From contig PMCS01000030.1 of NCBI GenBank assembly GCA_003154195.1, positions 123,446 to 187,445 of the forward strand: 64,000 bases of DNA. The letters run 5' to 3'. Positions 9,404 through 18,041 of the stretch are shown here, piece after piece; the first letter of the stretch is position 1, and each line of letters starts with the position of its first letter. The translations under genes were made by a program, and so were the position numbers. This DNA is from Candidatus Omnitrophota bacterium (lineage in GTDB: Bacteria; Omnitrophota; Gorgyraeia; Duberdicusellales; 4484-171). The notes beneath the pieces are model-generated. The model worked only from the letters and a program-made list of their open reading frames with translations. It made no database searches and was not told where the DNA came from.

Positions 9404-10846
9404 ATGAACAATAAGTTAATTTTTGAGAAAAGCAGCCCGGGGCGAAAAACCGGCTATTTTCCCGACAGCGGTATTTCTTTAGCGCAGGCGCAAGAGTTGC
9501 TCGGTAAAGATTATGTCCGCCGGGATTTACCGTTACCTTCCCTGGGAGAGCTTGAAGTAGTCAGGCATTATACTAATCTAAGCCGGATGAATTTTTCCGT
9601 GGACAGCAATTTTTATCCTTTAGGTTCCTGCACGATGAAGTATAACCCGAAAATCAATGAAGCGCTTTCTTCTCTGGAGGGGTTTACCAATATCCACCCC
9701 TATCAGAACGAGGATGGTGTCCAGGGGGCTTTAGAGATTATTTATAATCTGGAAGAAATGTTGCGCGAAATTACCGGGATGCGGCGTTTTTCTTTTCAGG
9801 CTTCCAGCGGCGCCCAGGGTGAATTTACCGGGATGTTAATGATAAAAAAGTACCATGAAACGTCGGGAAACAAAAAAACTAAAGTCATCGTTCCTGATTC
9901 GAGCCATGGTACCAACCCCGCTACCGCTTCAATGTGCGGCTACGAAACGGTTGTGGTAAAAAGCACCCGAGACGGCCTTATCGATTTAGATGAGCTGAAA
10001 AAGGTTGTGGACGGCCATACCGCGGGGATTATGCTCACCAATCCCAATACTATCGGTTTGTTTGAGGAAAATATTTTAGAAGTCGGCCGGCTTATTCATG
10101 AGCAAGGCGGCCTCCTATATTATGACGGCGCTAATTTTAACGCTCTTTTGGGCGTTACGAAAACGTCTCTGATGGGTTTTGACGTAGTCCATTTGAATCT
10201 TCATAAAACATTTTCTACGCCTCATGGTTGCGGTGGGCCGGGCGCGGGAGCCGTCGGCGTAACCGAAAAACTCGTTGATTTTTTGCCGGCGCCCGTCGTG
10301 GAAAAAAAAGACGGTACTTTTTATCTTAACCATAAGATAAAAAATTCAATCGGCAGGGTGCGCGGTTTTTATGGAAACTTCACGGTTTTGGTCAGAGCTT
10401 ACGCTTATCTTCTGCGCCTGGGCCGGGAAGGAATCTTGCGCGTTTCGCAAAACGCGGTTTTAAACGCAAGTTACATCAGGGAAAAATTGAAAGATTATTA
10501 CGAACTTGCTTCGACGCTGCCGTGTATGCATGAAGTAGTTTTTTCTTGCGAAAAACAAGCTCAAAAAGGCGCGCGTGTCATGGACATCGCCAAGCGCCTT
10601 ATCGATTACGGTATCCATCCGCCGACAATATACTTTCCTTTAATCGTGAAGGAAGCGTTGATGGTTGAGCCGACCGAAACGGAAAGCAAGGCCACAATCG
10701 ATTATTTTATCGAAGCAATGCTTGAAATAAACAAAGAAATAGATGCTAATCCCGATAGCGTTCGTAACGCACCGCATTCCACCTGCATTAAGCGGCCCGA
10801 TGAAGTTAAAGCGGCCCGCCAGCCTGATTTACGTTATCGTTACTGA
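9404..10846 (+). CDS. gcvPB: Glycine dehydrogenase subunit 2
   Basis: YPLGSCTMKYNP, HGTNPA, HLNLHKTFSTPHG. Confidence 0.97.
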   Translation: MNNKLIFEKSSPGRKTGYFPDSGISLAQAQELLGKDYVRRDLPLPSLGELEVVRHYTNLSRMNFSVDSNFYPLGSCTMKYNPKINEALSSLEGFTNIHPYQNEDGVQGALEIIYNLEEMLREITGMRRFSFQASSGAQGEFTGMLMIKKYHETSGNKKTKVIVPDSSHGTNPATASMCGYETVVVKSTRDGLIDLDELKKVVDGHTAGIMLTNPNTIGLFEENILEVGRLIHEQGGLLYYDGANFNALLGVTKTSLMGFDVVHLNLHKTFSTPHGCGGPGAGAVGVTEKLVDFLPAPVVEKKDGTFYLNHKIKNSIGRVRGFYGNFTVLVRAYAYLLRLGREGILRVSQNAVLNASYIREKLKDYYELASTLPCMHEVVFSCEKQAQKGARVMDIAKRLIDYGIHPPTIYFPLIVKEALMVEPTETESKATIDYFIEAMLEINKEIDANPDSVRNAPHSTCIKRPDEVKAARQPDLRYRY

Positions 10847-10904
10847 GCATTTTATCTGCGATCATCTGTATCCTCTAATCAGCAATAATCTGTGTTTATA
10901 AAAT

Positions 10905-11723
10905 ATGAACAACCAATGGCGGTTAATTTTAGACGATGACAACAACGGCTATTATAATATGGCGGTCGATGAGGCGCTATTTCTTCGCTATCCCACGCAA
11001 AAAATACCTACCTTGAGAATCTACGGATGGCATCCGGCGTGTGTTTCTTTGGGCTACAACCAGGTTTTCAAAACTGTTCTTAAGAAAAATCATCCCTTTG
11101 ATGTTGTGAGGCGTATTACCGGCGGAGCGTCGATCCTGCATTGTAAAGAGATAACCTATAGCTTGGCGTGCTCCGCAGCCGATTTGGATTTGCCGGTAAA
11201 AGTTAAAGATTCTTACGGTACAATTTGTTCATTTTTGTTGGAATTTTACGCAGCGTTAGGTTTGAAAGCCGGTTTTGCTAAAGATATTTTTAATGATGCC
11301 CTGGTGGGACGATATGGAAATTTTTGTTTTTCTCACCGTGAGCATTACGATTTGGTCGTTGACAATAAAAAAATCGGCGGCAATGCTCAAAGGCGTAACC
11401 GCGATGTGATTTTTCAGCACGGGAGTATTCCTTTAATGATTGATTATGATGCTGTTGAGTCGGTGATTAATGATACTGTAACATTGCGTGAGAAGGCGGC
11501 CTCCTTAGAGGATATGCTGGGGCAGCAAGATATTTTTTTATTGCGGGAGAAGTTGGCGGAAAGCTTCGCAAAAACATTTAAGGTTAAACTCGTCGAGTCG
11601 GTATTAAATTTTTCCGAAGAATTACTTGCCAAAAATCTAATAAAAAATAAGTATCAAACCGACGAGTGGAACTTGTATAAGAATACCACTGAAAAATACG
11701 GTTATCCGCTCTTATCCGCGTAA
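10905..11723 (+). CDS. Lipoate-protein ligase / octanoyltransferase (LplA/LipM family)
   Basis: NMAVDEAL, RRITGG, KKIGGNAQ, QHGSI; gcv/lipA context. Confidence 0.88.
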   Translation: MNNQWRLILDDDNNGYYNMAVDEALFLRYPTQKIPTLRIYGWHPACVSLGYNQVFKTVLKKNHPFDVVRRITGGASILHCKEITYSLACSAADLDLPVKVKDSYGTICSFLLEFYAALGLKAGFAKDIFNDALVGRYGNFCFSHREHYDLVVDNKKIGGNAQRRNRDVIFQHGSIPLMIDYDAVESVINDTVTLREKAASLEDMLGQQDIFLLREKLAESFAKTFKVKLVESVLNFSEELLAKNLIKNKYQTDEWNLYKNTTEKYGYPLLSA

Positions 11724-11753
11724 GCGGATGGCGGATATTTTTTTGCGAAGCAA

Positions 11754-11982
11754 CCCCTTCGCTTCGCTCAGGGGTAATTCGACTATCCCCTGCGGGGATA
11801 GTTCAACTACAGACATTTGCTTCACCTTCGGCTTGCAAATGTCTAAGTTTCACTACAGCCTCGCTGAACATGAGTACATGTTCACTCGGCTAAGTCTCAA
11901 ACCCCTTCGCTAATGCTTCAGGGGTAATTCGACTACAGCCTCGCTGAACATGAGTACATGTTCACTCGGCTAAGCCTCATTA
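11754..11982. repeat. Modular hairpin array (TAATTCRACTA...AAGTYTCA family)
   Basis: 48-bp unit at 11852-11899 and 11932-11979 (1 mismatch); same modules at 17643, 41717 (inverted) and 63678-63969. Confidence 0.8.
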
Positions 11983-11986
11983 AAAT

Positions 11987-12829
11987 ATGCATAAACCTTA
12001 CTGGTTGGATAAAAAAATAAACTTAAGCGACATCCGGCGCACCAAGGAGCTTTTGCGCGGTTTCAAGCTCAGCACGGTTTGCGAAGAGGCGATGTGCCCT
12101 AATCTGGGCGAGTGTTTTCGTAAGGGGGTCGCCACATTTATGATTCTGGGTAATGTTTGCACGCGGCATTGTTCTTTCTGCGCGACTAAAAAAGGTAAAG
12201 GCAAACCGTGGGATATTGACGAGCCGATAAGAATAAAACAGGCGGCTGAAAAATTAAGATTAAGTTACGCGGTAGTTACTTCACCGACTCGCGATGATTT
12301 AGCCGATTATGGCGTGCAAGCTTTCTGCCGGACAGTCGAAGAAATCAAAAAAATAAAACCGGCGACTGCGGTGGAAATTTTAATTCCTGATTTTTGCGCC
12401 CAGGAAAGCGCTTTGAAAAAAATTTCCCGGTGCGGCGCCGATGTGGTGGCGCATAATCTGGAAACCGTACCCTCTTTATATATTAAGGTAAGGCAGGGCG
12501 CCGATTATGGCCGTTCCCTTGAGGTATTGCGCGCGGTTAAAAAAAACAACGCTGAAATAAAAACTAAGTCGGGAATTATGCTTGGGTTAGGGGAGAGGGA
12601 AAAAGAGGTGATGGAGGTGTTCAAGGACCTGGCGGGAGTAAACTGTGACCTTTTGACTTTAGGCCAGTATCTGTCTCCTTCGCGCAGGCATTATCCGGTT
12701 AGGGAATATATAAATCCCGCAAAGTTTATGGAATTTCAAGCGAAAGCTCTATCGTTCGGGTTCAAGAGCGTGCAGAGCTCGCCGTACTCACGTTCCTCGT
12801 ATTTAGCCGGGGAAATGTGCCGGCCATAA
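11987..12829 (+). CDS. lipA: Lipoyl synthase
   Basis: CEEAMCPNLGEC and CTRHCSFC clusters; RSSY C-terminal motif. Confidence 0.96.
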   Translation: MHKPYWLDKKINLSDIRRTKELLRGFKLSTVCEEAMCPNLGECFRKGVATFMILGNVCTRHCSFCATKKGKGKPWDIDEPIRIKQAAEKLRLSYAVVTSPTRDDLADYGVQAFCRTVEEIKKIKPATAVEILIPDFCAQESALKKISRCGADVVAHNLETVPSLYIKVRQGADYGRSLEVLRAVKKNNAEIKTKSGIMLGLGEREKEVMEVFKDLAGVNCDLLTLGQYLSPSRRHYPVREYINPAKFMEFQAKALSFGFKSVQSSPYSRSSYLAGEMCRP

Positions 12830-12946
12830 AATAAACTATTGCGCTAACGTATCTTTAGGCTAGAATAAATTCCCAGGGCAGAACCGAAAAAATGCATCGC
12901 GCCCGTTTAACGTGCGGGCAAATATTATTACGGTTAAGGAGGCTAA

Positions 12947-13222
12947 ATGGCTATAAAAACTATTGAAATAATTTGTACTCCTTGTTTTAAATGTGAAAAC
13001 ATAAAGAGGATGATCGGCGAAGCGGTCAAGGCCATCGAATTACAAAATAAAATAAAAATCGTTTATGATTTTAAACATACCATCCATCTTAGGGATGTGA
13101 ACCGGTATAGCGTTAATGCTTCGCAGGCGCCCGTTGTGATTATTAACGGTAAAGTTGAGCTTACCGGACAACCCTTGCCGGCAGTCCTGAAAAATAAGCT
13201 GGAAGCAATAAATAGATATTAA
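12947..13222 (+). CDS. Small thioredoxin-fold protein
   Basis: CFKC motif, APVVIING; AAGGAGG RBS. Confidence 0.7.
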   Translation: MAIKTIEIICTPCFKCENIKRMIGEAVKAIELQNKIKIVYDFKHTIHLRDVNRYSVNASQAPVVIINGKVELTGQPLPAVLKNKLEAINRY

Positions 13223-13257
13223 AACAAAGAATTCTCTTCGTTAAAAGTATAGCGTTT

Positions 13258-13290
13258 ACCCCGTTAGAGAACGAAGTCCTCTAACGGGGT
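13258..13290. repeat. ACCCCGTTAGAG...CTCTAACGGGGT palindrome (mini element or terminator)
   Basis: 12-bp perfect stem. Confidence 0.6.
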
Positions 13291-13390
13291 TTACTCCCCA
13301 GAAAATAATTAATTAGTGCTCTCAAAAACCCGAAAAACGCAGAACTTCTTGGAACTACTCACCTTTTCGCTCCCGCAGTCAAATTAACAC

Positions 13391-13465
13391 ACCCAATATA
13401 TAGTGGTATCAAAAAAAATATACCATATATAGAATATTATAACAAATTATAACAGATTATAATTG
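13391..13465 (+). promoter_or_regulatory. Two NrdR-box-like sites plus three 10-bp direct repeats upstream of the HTH/pilus operon
   Basis: ACCCAATATATAGTGG, ATACCATATATAG; ATTATAACAA-ATTATAACAG-ATTATAATTG. Confidence 0.45.
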
Positions 13466-13508
13466 ATTAGTTGAAAGAAATGTATTTAAATATAAACGTA
13501 ACCAATTT

Positions 13509-13706
13509 ATGAAAAAGATGAGAAAACAGAGAATAACACGATTGCTGAGCGTAGATGAGCTTGCCGATTATTTGGGTTTGCAAAAGCAGACTATTTATAA
13601 TTGGTTAAATCAAAAAAAGATTGCCGGGATAAAAATCGGCAAGGTCTGGCGTTTTGAGCGGAAATATATTGATGAATGGCTTACTAAATTGCAGCAGGGG
13701 CAATAA
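13509..13706 (+). CDS. Xis/BldC-like (HTH_17) DNA-binding protein
   Basis: LLSVDELADYL..TIYNW..KIGKVWRF. Confidence 0.88.
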   Translation: MKKMRKQRITRLLSVDELADYLGLQKQTIYNWLNQKKIAGIKIGKVWRFERKYIDEWLTKLQQGQ

Positions 13707-15188
13707 ATGGCTAAAAAGAAAATAGGTTTATACATGGGGGTTAATTCTTTAGGCGGCGTTGTTGTGGAAAACCGAAAGCTCATTTCTTCGGTAAAATATG
13801 ATTTATCTTCTCTGGAAGAAGAGACCAAGGTGGAAAATTTAAACGAAGAAGTGAAGTGGGAGGCATTGATCAATAAAACTTTACGCGAGATGAAAGCTGA
13901 GGGGAAAGAGGTCTGCGTTTCCCTGGCCGATAAAGATTTTATTTTCCGGTCATTCGAAATGCCCTTGATGAGTAAACGTGAAATCGAATCGTCGCTCAAT
14001 TATGAAATCGAAAAATATATACCGTTTAAAGTAGAAGAGCTGCTGTGTGATTTCAGCTACGCGGCGTTTCCCCGCGAAAAAAAGATAACTATTTCTTTCG
14101 TGGGCATACGCGAGAGTACGCTCAACCGCAGCAGCGAAATATTCACCCGTTTGGGTTTAGAACCGGTTGTGGTTGAGCCTTCCGCTCTTTCCCTTGTCCG
14201 TATTCTGAAATCGATGAAAGGGTATGCCAACTTAAAGAATTTTGCCCTTTTGGATTTTACCGAGAACGAGGCGTACCTGACTTTTTTTTACTATGACCTC
14301 CCGGTGTTCAACCGTTATTTTGCCATACCCAAGAACGAAAGCGGCATCGACCTTGAGAAATTCATTGAACCGATACGCTTATCTTTCCAATATTTCCAGC
14401 GGGAATTTAAATCTTACGAATTAGATAAATTCATCATTATCGCCGACGCGAATAACGAAAAATTAACGGCGATGCTAAAAGAAGAATTGCAGACCAATAT
14501 CGAGTTGATTACCGCCGTTAATTTTACCGGTAAAGATCCCAGCTATGTGGAAAACCTTAAAGCGCTGGGCATTGCCGACCGGGATAGTTTTAGCTACAAG
14601 TTTAAACCGGTTTTTTTGAAAAGGACGAAAGAACAATTGACCACGGGAAAGGTTATCAAGGATGTTCCTTTACAGCCCGGGTTAATCATTCCGCTGATGG
14701 TTGTGGCTGCGATAATCTATTTTACGGCGGTATTGTTCTGGTCCAATGATATATCCGCCCGGCAACGGCAGATGAAACAGGAAGAAGACGCTTTGGTTAT
14801 ACCCGAATTTTTTAAAAATTTAAACTGGCAAGAAAGAGACGGCGCCTTAAAGAAAAAAGTCGAAGCAAACAACGCCTTGAAGTCTGTGGCAAGGATTTTG
14901 AAGAAAAGCTTTCCTTTTCTGGAGACGATCCCGGCTGTCCTTCCCGAAGGTTTATGGCTGGAAAGTTTTAGTCTAGGCGGCGAGTCAGGAAAATATAAAG
15001 GGACAATCGCCGGTTACGTTTTCCTGGGCGACGGCGACAAGGAAAGGCTCGCCATAAATGATTTTATTTCCAACCTGAAATCACGTAAAGAGATAAAAAG
15101 TATTTTTTCGGATATCAGTTTAGGGGCATCGCAAAAAACGGAATCGAACGGTTTTAATGTTACTTCTTTCAGCATGACACTGGAGTAG
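13707..15188 (+). CDS. PilM-like actin-fold domain fused to TM and PilN-like domain
   Basis: EIEKYIPF, VEPSALSL, single TM, LPEGLWLE; position in pilus operon. Confidence 0.75.
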   Translation: MAKKKIGLYMGVNSLGGVVVENRKLISSVKYDLSSLEEETKVENLNEEVKWEALINKTLREMKAEGKEVCVSLADKDFIFRSFEMPLMSKREIESSLNYEIEKYIPFKVEELLCDFSYAAFPREKKITISFVGIRESTLNRSSEIFTRLGLEPVVVEPSALSLVRILKSMKGYANLKNFALLDFTENEAYLTFFYYDLPVFNRYFAIPKNESGIDLEKFIEPIRLSFQYFQREFKSYELDKFIIIADANNEKLTAMLKEELQTNIELITAVNFTGKDPSYVENLKALGIADRDSFSYKFKPVFLKRTKEQLTTGKVIKDVPLQPGLIIPLMVVAAIIYFTAVLFWSNDISARQRQMKQEEDALVIPEFFKNLNWQERDGALKKKVEANNALKSVARILKKSFPFLETIPAVLPEGLWLESFSLGGESGKYKGTIAGYVFLGDGDKERLAINDFISNLKSRKEIKSIFSDISLGASQKTESNGFNVTSFSMTLE

Positions 15189-15192
15189 AACA

Positions 15193-15672
15193 ATGGTGCA
15201 ACGATTTAAAAATATCTTGATCATCATCGCGGTTATCGCGGTTACTTTTATTATGATTAAGAATAAGTACGCTGATTATGACGCGCAAAAAAATAATATT
15301 GAATCCGACCGCACGGGTTTAGAAAAGAAAAAATTATTGGCAAAAGTCGGAGATAGCGTAGCGCGGGAATATGATGAAACCATTAAAAATTTCTCCTTTA
15401 AGGACGAGGAGGAGTTTAAAAAATTTGTGGGAGATGAAGCCGGCGAGCATAATGTCGTGGTTGATTCTTTCCGTCCCGCTAAAACCGATAAAGGGGTTTA
15501 TCTGGAGATAAAAATAGAGATTGTTTCGCCGTCGCCATACAAGAATGTGGCGGATTTTGTGAAAGCGCTGGAAGGGCAAAACATAGAGATTTTGAAGCTG
15601 GAAATAAAAAATATTTCCGAAAACGCAAGGCAGGCATTAATTGCGGTACGAGGAATAATTCCCAAGGTGTGA
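15193..15672 (+). CDS. PilO/GspM-like protein
   Basis: N-terminal TM, coiled coil, YKNVADFVKALE. Confidence 0.6.
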   Translation: MVQRFKNILIIIAVIAVTFIMIKNKYADYDAQKNNIESDRTGLEKKKLLAKVGDSVAREYDETIKNFSFKDEEEFKKFVGDEAGEHNVVVDSFRPAKTDKGVYLEIKIEIVSPSPYKNVADFVKALEGQNIEILKLEIKNISENARQALIAVRGIIPKV

Positions 15673-15676
15673 CGCT

Positions 15677-16024
15677 ATGCGGAAAATAATTTTTCTCGCG
15701 GGAGGGATAGTTTACGTGATTTGTTTCAGCTTTCTGGGTTATGCCCAGGAGGCTCGCCGCGACCCTTTCGCGTCGTTACTTCCCAGAAAAACCCCGGTTG
15801 CGGATAATTCGCCACCTTCGGTTGAACGGGTAATAACGCCGCCGACGGTGAATATCCAGGGTTTGCTTTGCGGTACGAATATGCCGATGGCAATCATCGA
15901 TGGCGAGGTTTATAAAGAAGGCGATATCCTGGATAAAAGCGGAGCTAAATTATATAAAATAGAGAAAAATAAAATTTGTATCATTTATCAGGGGAAACCG
16001 TTCGACGTGATTATGGAGCAATGA
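15677..16024 (+). CDS. PilP-like protein
   Basis: signal peptide, RRDPF, AIIDGEVYKEGD. Confidence 0.65.
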   Translation: MRKIIFLAGGIVYVICFSFLGYAQEARRDPFASLLPRKTPVADNSPPSVERVITPPTVNIQGLLCGTNMPMAIIDGEVYKEGDILDKSGAKLYKIEKNKICIIYQGKPFDVIMEQ

Positions 16025-16100
16025 CCGGGGCGCGTAGTTTCAAATTTAAAATAATATGGTTATTCCTGAGCATACCTTGGGCGGATTGAGGGAGAAAAGA

Positions 16101-17645
16101 TTGAGAAAATATATTATTACGGCGATTTGTTTATGCATCGCTTTTTTACCGGAGGCGGGATTGCCGCAAGGGGATGTCGATAATATTTATGGCGATTATG
16201 CCATCGGCAAATCTCCCCAAAAAGTTTCCCTGGATCTTAGGGCCGCGAATCTTAATGATGTGTTAAAGATGCTTTCTCGGCAAACCGGCCTTAATTTTGT
16301 TTCCACGGAAACAGTTAAGGAGAGAGTCTTGACTCTGTATATGGATAATGTTCCCTTAAAAGAGGCGATGGATATAATTTTTAAGGCGAATAATTTAGGC
16401 TATGATTTTTATCCGGAAGCGAAGGTATTCGTGGTCAAGGAGCTGGGCAATCCTGCTATTGAAGTAAAAACCAAAGTTTACTATTTAAAATATATAACCG
16501 TCAATTCTTCGAACGTAAAAAGCGTTATTTCCGCCGGCGGCGAAACGGCAAAGACTCCCGGGGGCGGCGGGGGGCCAGGCGGCGGAGCTTCTTCCAGGGG
16601 CGGGGGCGCAGCGGCCGGCGGTTCGGGCGGCAGCCTTACGGATTCATTGAAGAACATGATGAGCGAATTTGGCAAGATATCGGAAGACCCGTTGACCAAC
16701 TCTTTGATTATTACCGATATCCCTACGCGCTTTCCTTTAATCGAGGAGTTGCTTTCCAAGCTGGATGTGCCTATCCCGCAGGTGATGATTGAAGTGGAGA
16801 TGCTTGATGTTTCCAGGGGGCTTATCGATCAATTAGGATTTAATTTTACCAACGGGTTTATCGCTACTTTTACGCCGGGGGGGTTCAGCACGCCATTCCC
16901 GTTGAAGGCTAAAGATAACTTCAACCTGGTTAATAAATTTTCTCCTATTTCTAATCTTGGCACGCCTGGTGGTCTTTTGAGCAACCTTGACTTCAGCAGT
17001 ATGCAAATGGTTATGCAATTTTTGAATAAAGACACTTCAACACGATTCTTAGCCCGGCCCAGGATATTGACTCTGGTTAATGAAAGCGCGGAAGTGGATT
17101 TAACGATGGATGAAGTAGTGAGCGCGGTGGGTACAAGTTCTCAAGGGACCGGACCAGCGGTAACTACTACTACGATTGAGCGAAAAGAAACCGGCACCAA
17201 GCTGACGGTTACTCCCCAGGTTAATCTGGAGACCGGGGAGGTTATCATGTCGCTGAACGTGAGCAACAAAGAATCGAAGATTTCAACCCTTACAGCAGCG
17301 ACTAAAGACATTGAAACGCGCGGCACAAAATCCATGGTACGCTTAAAAGACGGCGATACTCTTTTAATCGGCGGCCTCATCCGGAAAACCGACGAAGATG
17401 CTGTTACGAAAATTCCTTTTATTTCCGAGATACCGGTTTTGGGCAGGTTATTCCGGTATAAAAACACCAATCATACCGAACGTGAACTTTGCGTTTTCTT
17501 AACTCCGCATATAATAATCCCCTCAGCCGGTTCTTCTCCGGAGATTAAAAAGGAAGTTTTCCCTAAAGAAAGTTTTCAAAGGGAACAGGCCAACTACGCT
17601 AAGCAGGATGCCGTAAGGTCTTCGCTGGATAAATTCTCCCGTTAA
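16101..17645 (+). CDS. Secretin (PilQ/GspD family); start could be 16056
   Basis: STN/N0 domain, DPLTNSLII, PQVMIEV, LARPRILT, KIPFISEIPVLGRLF. Confidence 0.92.
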   Translation: MRKYIITAICLCIAFLPEAGLPQGDVDNIYGDYAIGKSPQKVSLDLRAANLNDVLKMLSRQTGLNFVSTETVKERVLTLYMDNVPLKEAMDIIFKANNLGYDFYPEAKVFVVKELGNPAIEVKTKVYYLKYITVNSSNVKSVISAGGETAKTPGGGGGPGGGASSRGGGAAAGGSGGSLTDSLKNMMSEFGKISEDPLTNSLIITDIPTRFPLIEELLSKLDVPIPQVMIEVEMLDVSRGLIDQLGFNFTNGFIATFTPGGFSTPFPLKAKDNFNLVNKFSPISNLGTPGGLLSNLDFSSMQMVMQFLNKDTSTRFLARPRILTLVNESAEVDLTMDEVVSAVGTSSQGTGPAVTTTTIERKETGTKLTVTPQVNLETGEVIMSLNVSNKESKISTLTAATKDIETRGTKSMVRLKDGDTLLIGGLIRKTDEDAVTKIPFISEIPVLGRLFRYKNTNHTERELCVFLTPHIIIPSAGSSPEIKKEVFPKESFQREQANYAKQDAVRSSLDKFSR

Positions 17646-17755
17646 TTCGGCTACTGTCTCAATCTACGCCCCCGCCATCCCATAGATGGCGAGGTCTCGT
17701 CAATTCGTTTAACGAATTGACGGACTTCGGGCTTGATTTCGGTGAAGTCTCATTA
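17643..17755 (+). repeat. TAATTC...CTCATTA element carrying a nested palindromic insert
   Basis: Colinear with reverse complement of 41717-41775 except ~54 bp extra in the GCCC/TTCGGGC loop. Confidence 0.75.
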
Positions 17756-17837
17756 AATATTTCCTTGCCCCCCGTAGTATTTCTATTATAATAAAATATA
17801 ACCTGGAATATAATTATAAAGCATAGAGTTCTCTTTT

Positions 17838-17979
17838 CAGGATATCGGGGAATCAGGATGTCAGGATTTGGGGATTGGGAAATCGGGGGATTAGGGAAAT
17901 GCCGAAGAAGCGATAGCTGTCAGCCAAATATCCCAATGCCCTAATTTCCAAATCCCAATTGCCTAATATCCTAATTCCT
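17838..17979. repeat. Periodic-arm hairpin (GGGGATTA/TAATTCCC 8-mer type), empty
   Basis: G-rich left arm, complementary C-rich right arm upstream of pilB. Confidence 0.7.
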
Positions 17980-18041
17980 TTATTATTACACTTGGTTAGC
18001 GCCGAAGGCACGCTAAGCTCAGTTAAAGGGGTTATAAACCA

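Noticed and set aside
11754-11982. CRISPR array
   Set aside because: Only two long repeats, no regular unique spacers, no cas1 or effector genes
13509-13706. Prophage excisionase
   Set aside because: No integrase or phage genes; coupled to the pilus operon
16556-16632. G-rich tract as G-quadruplex or insertion
   Set aside because: Encodes the Gly/Ser-rich flexible loop common in secretin N3 domains
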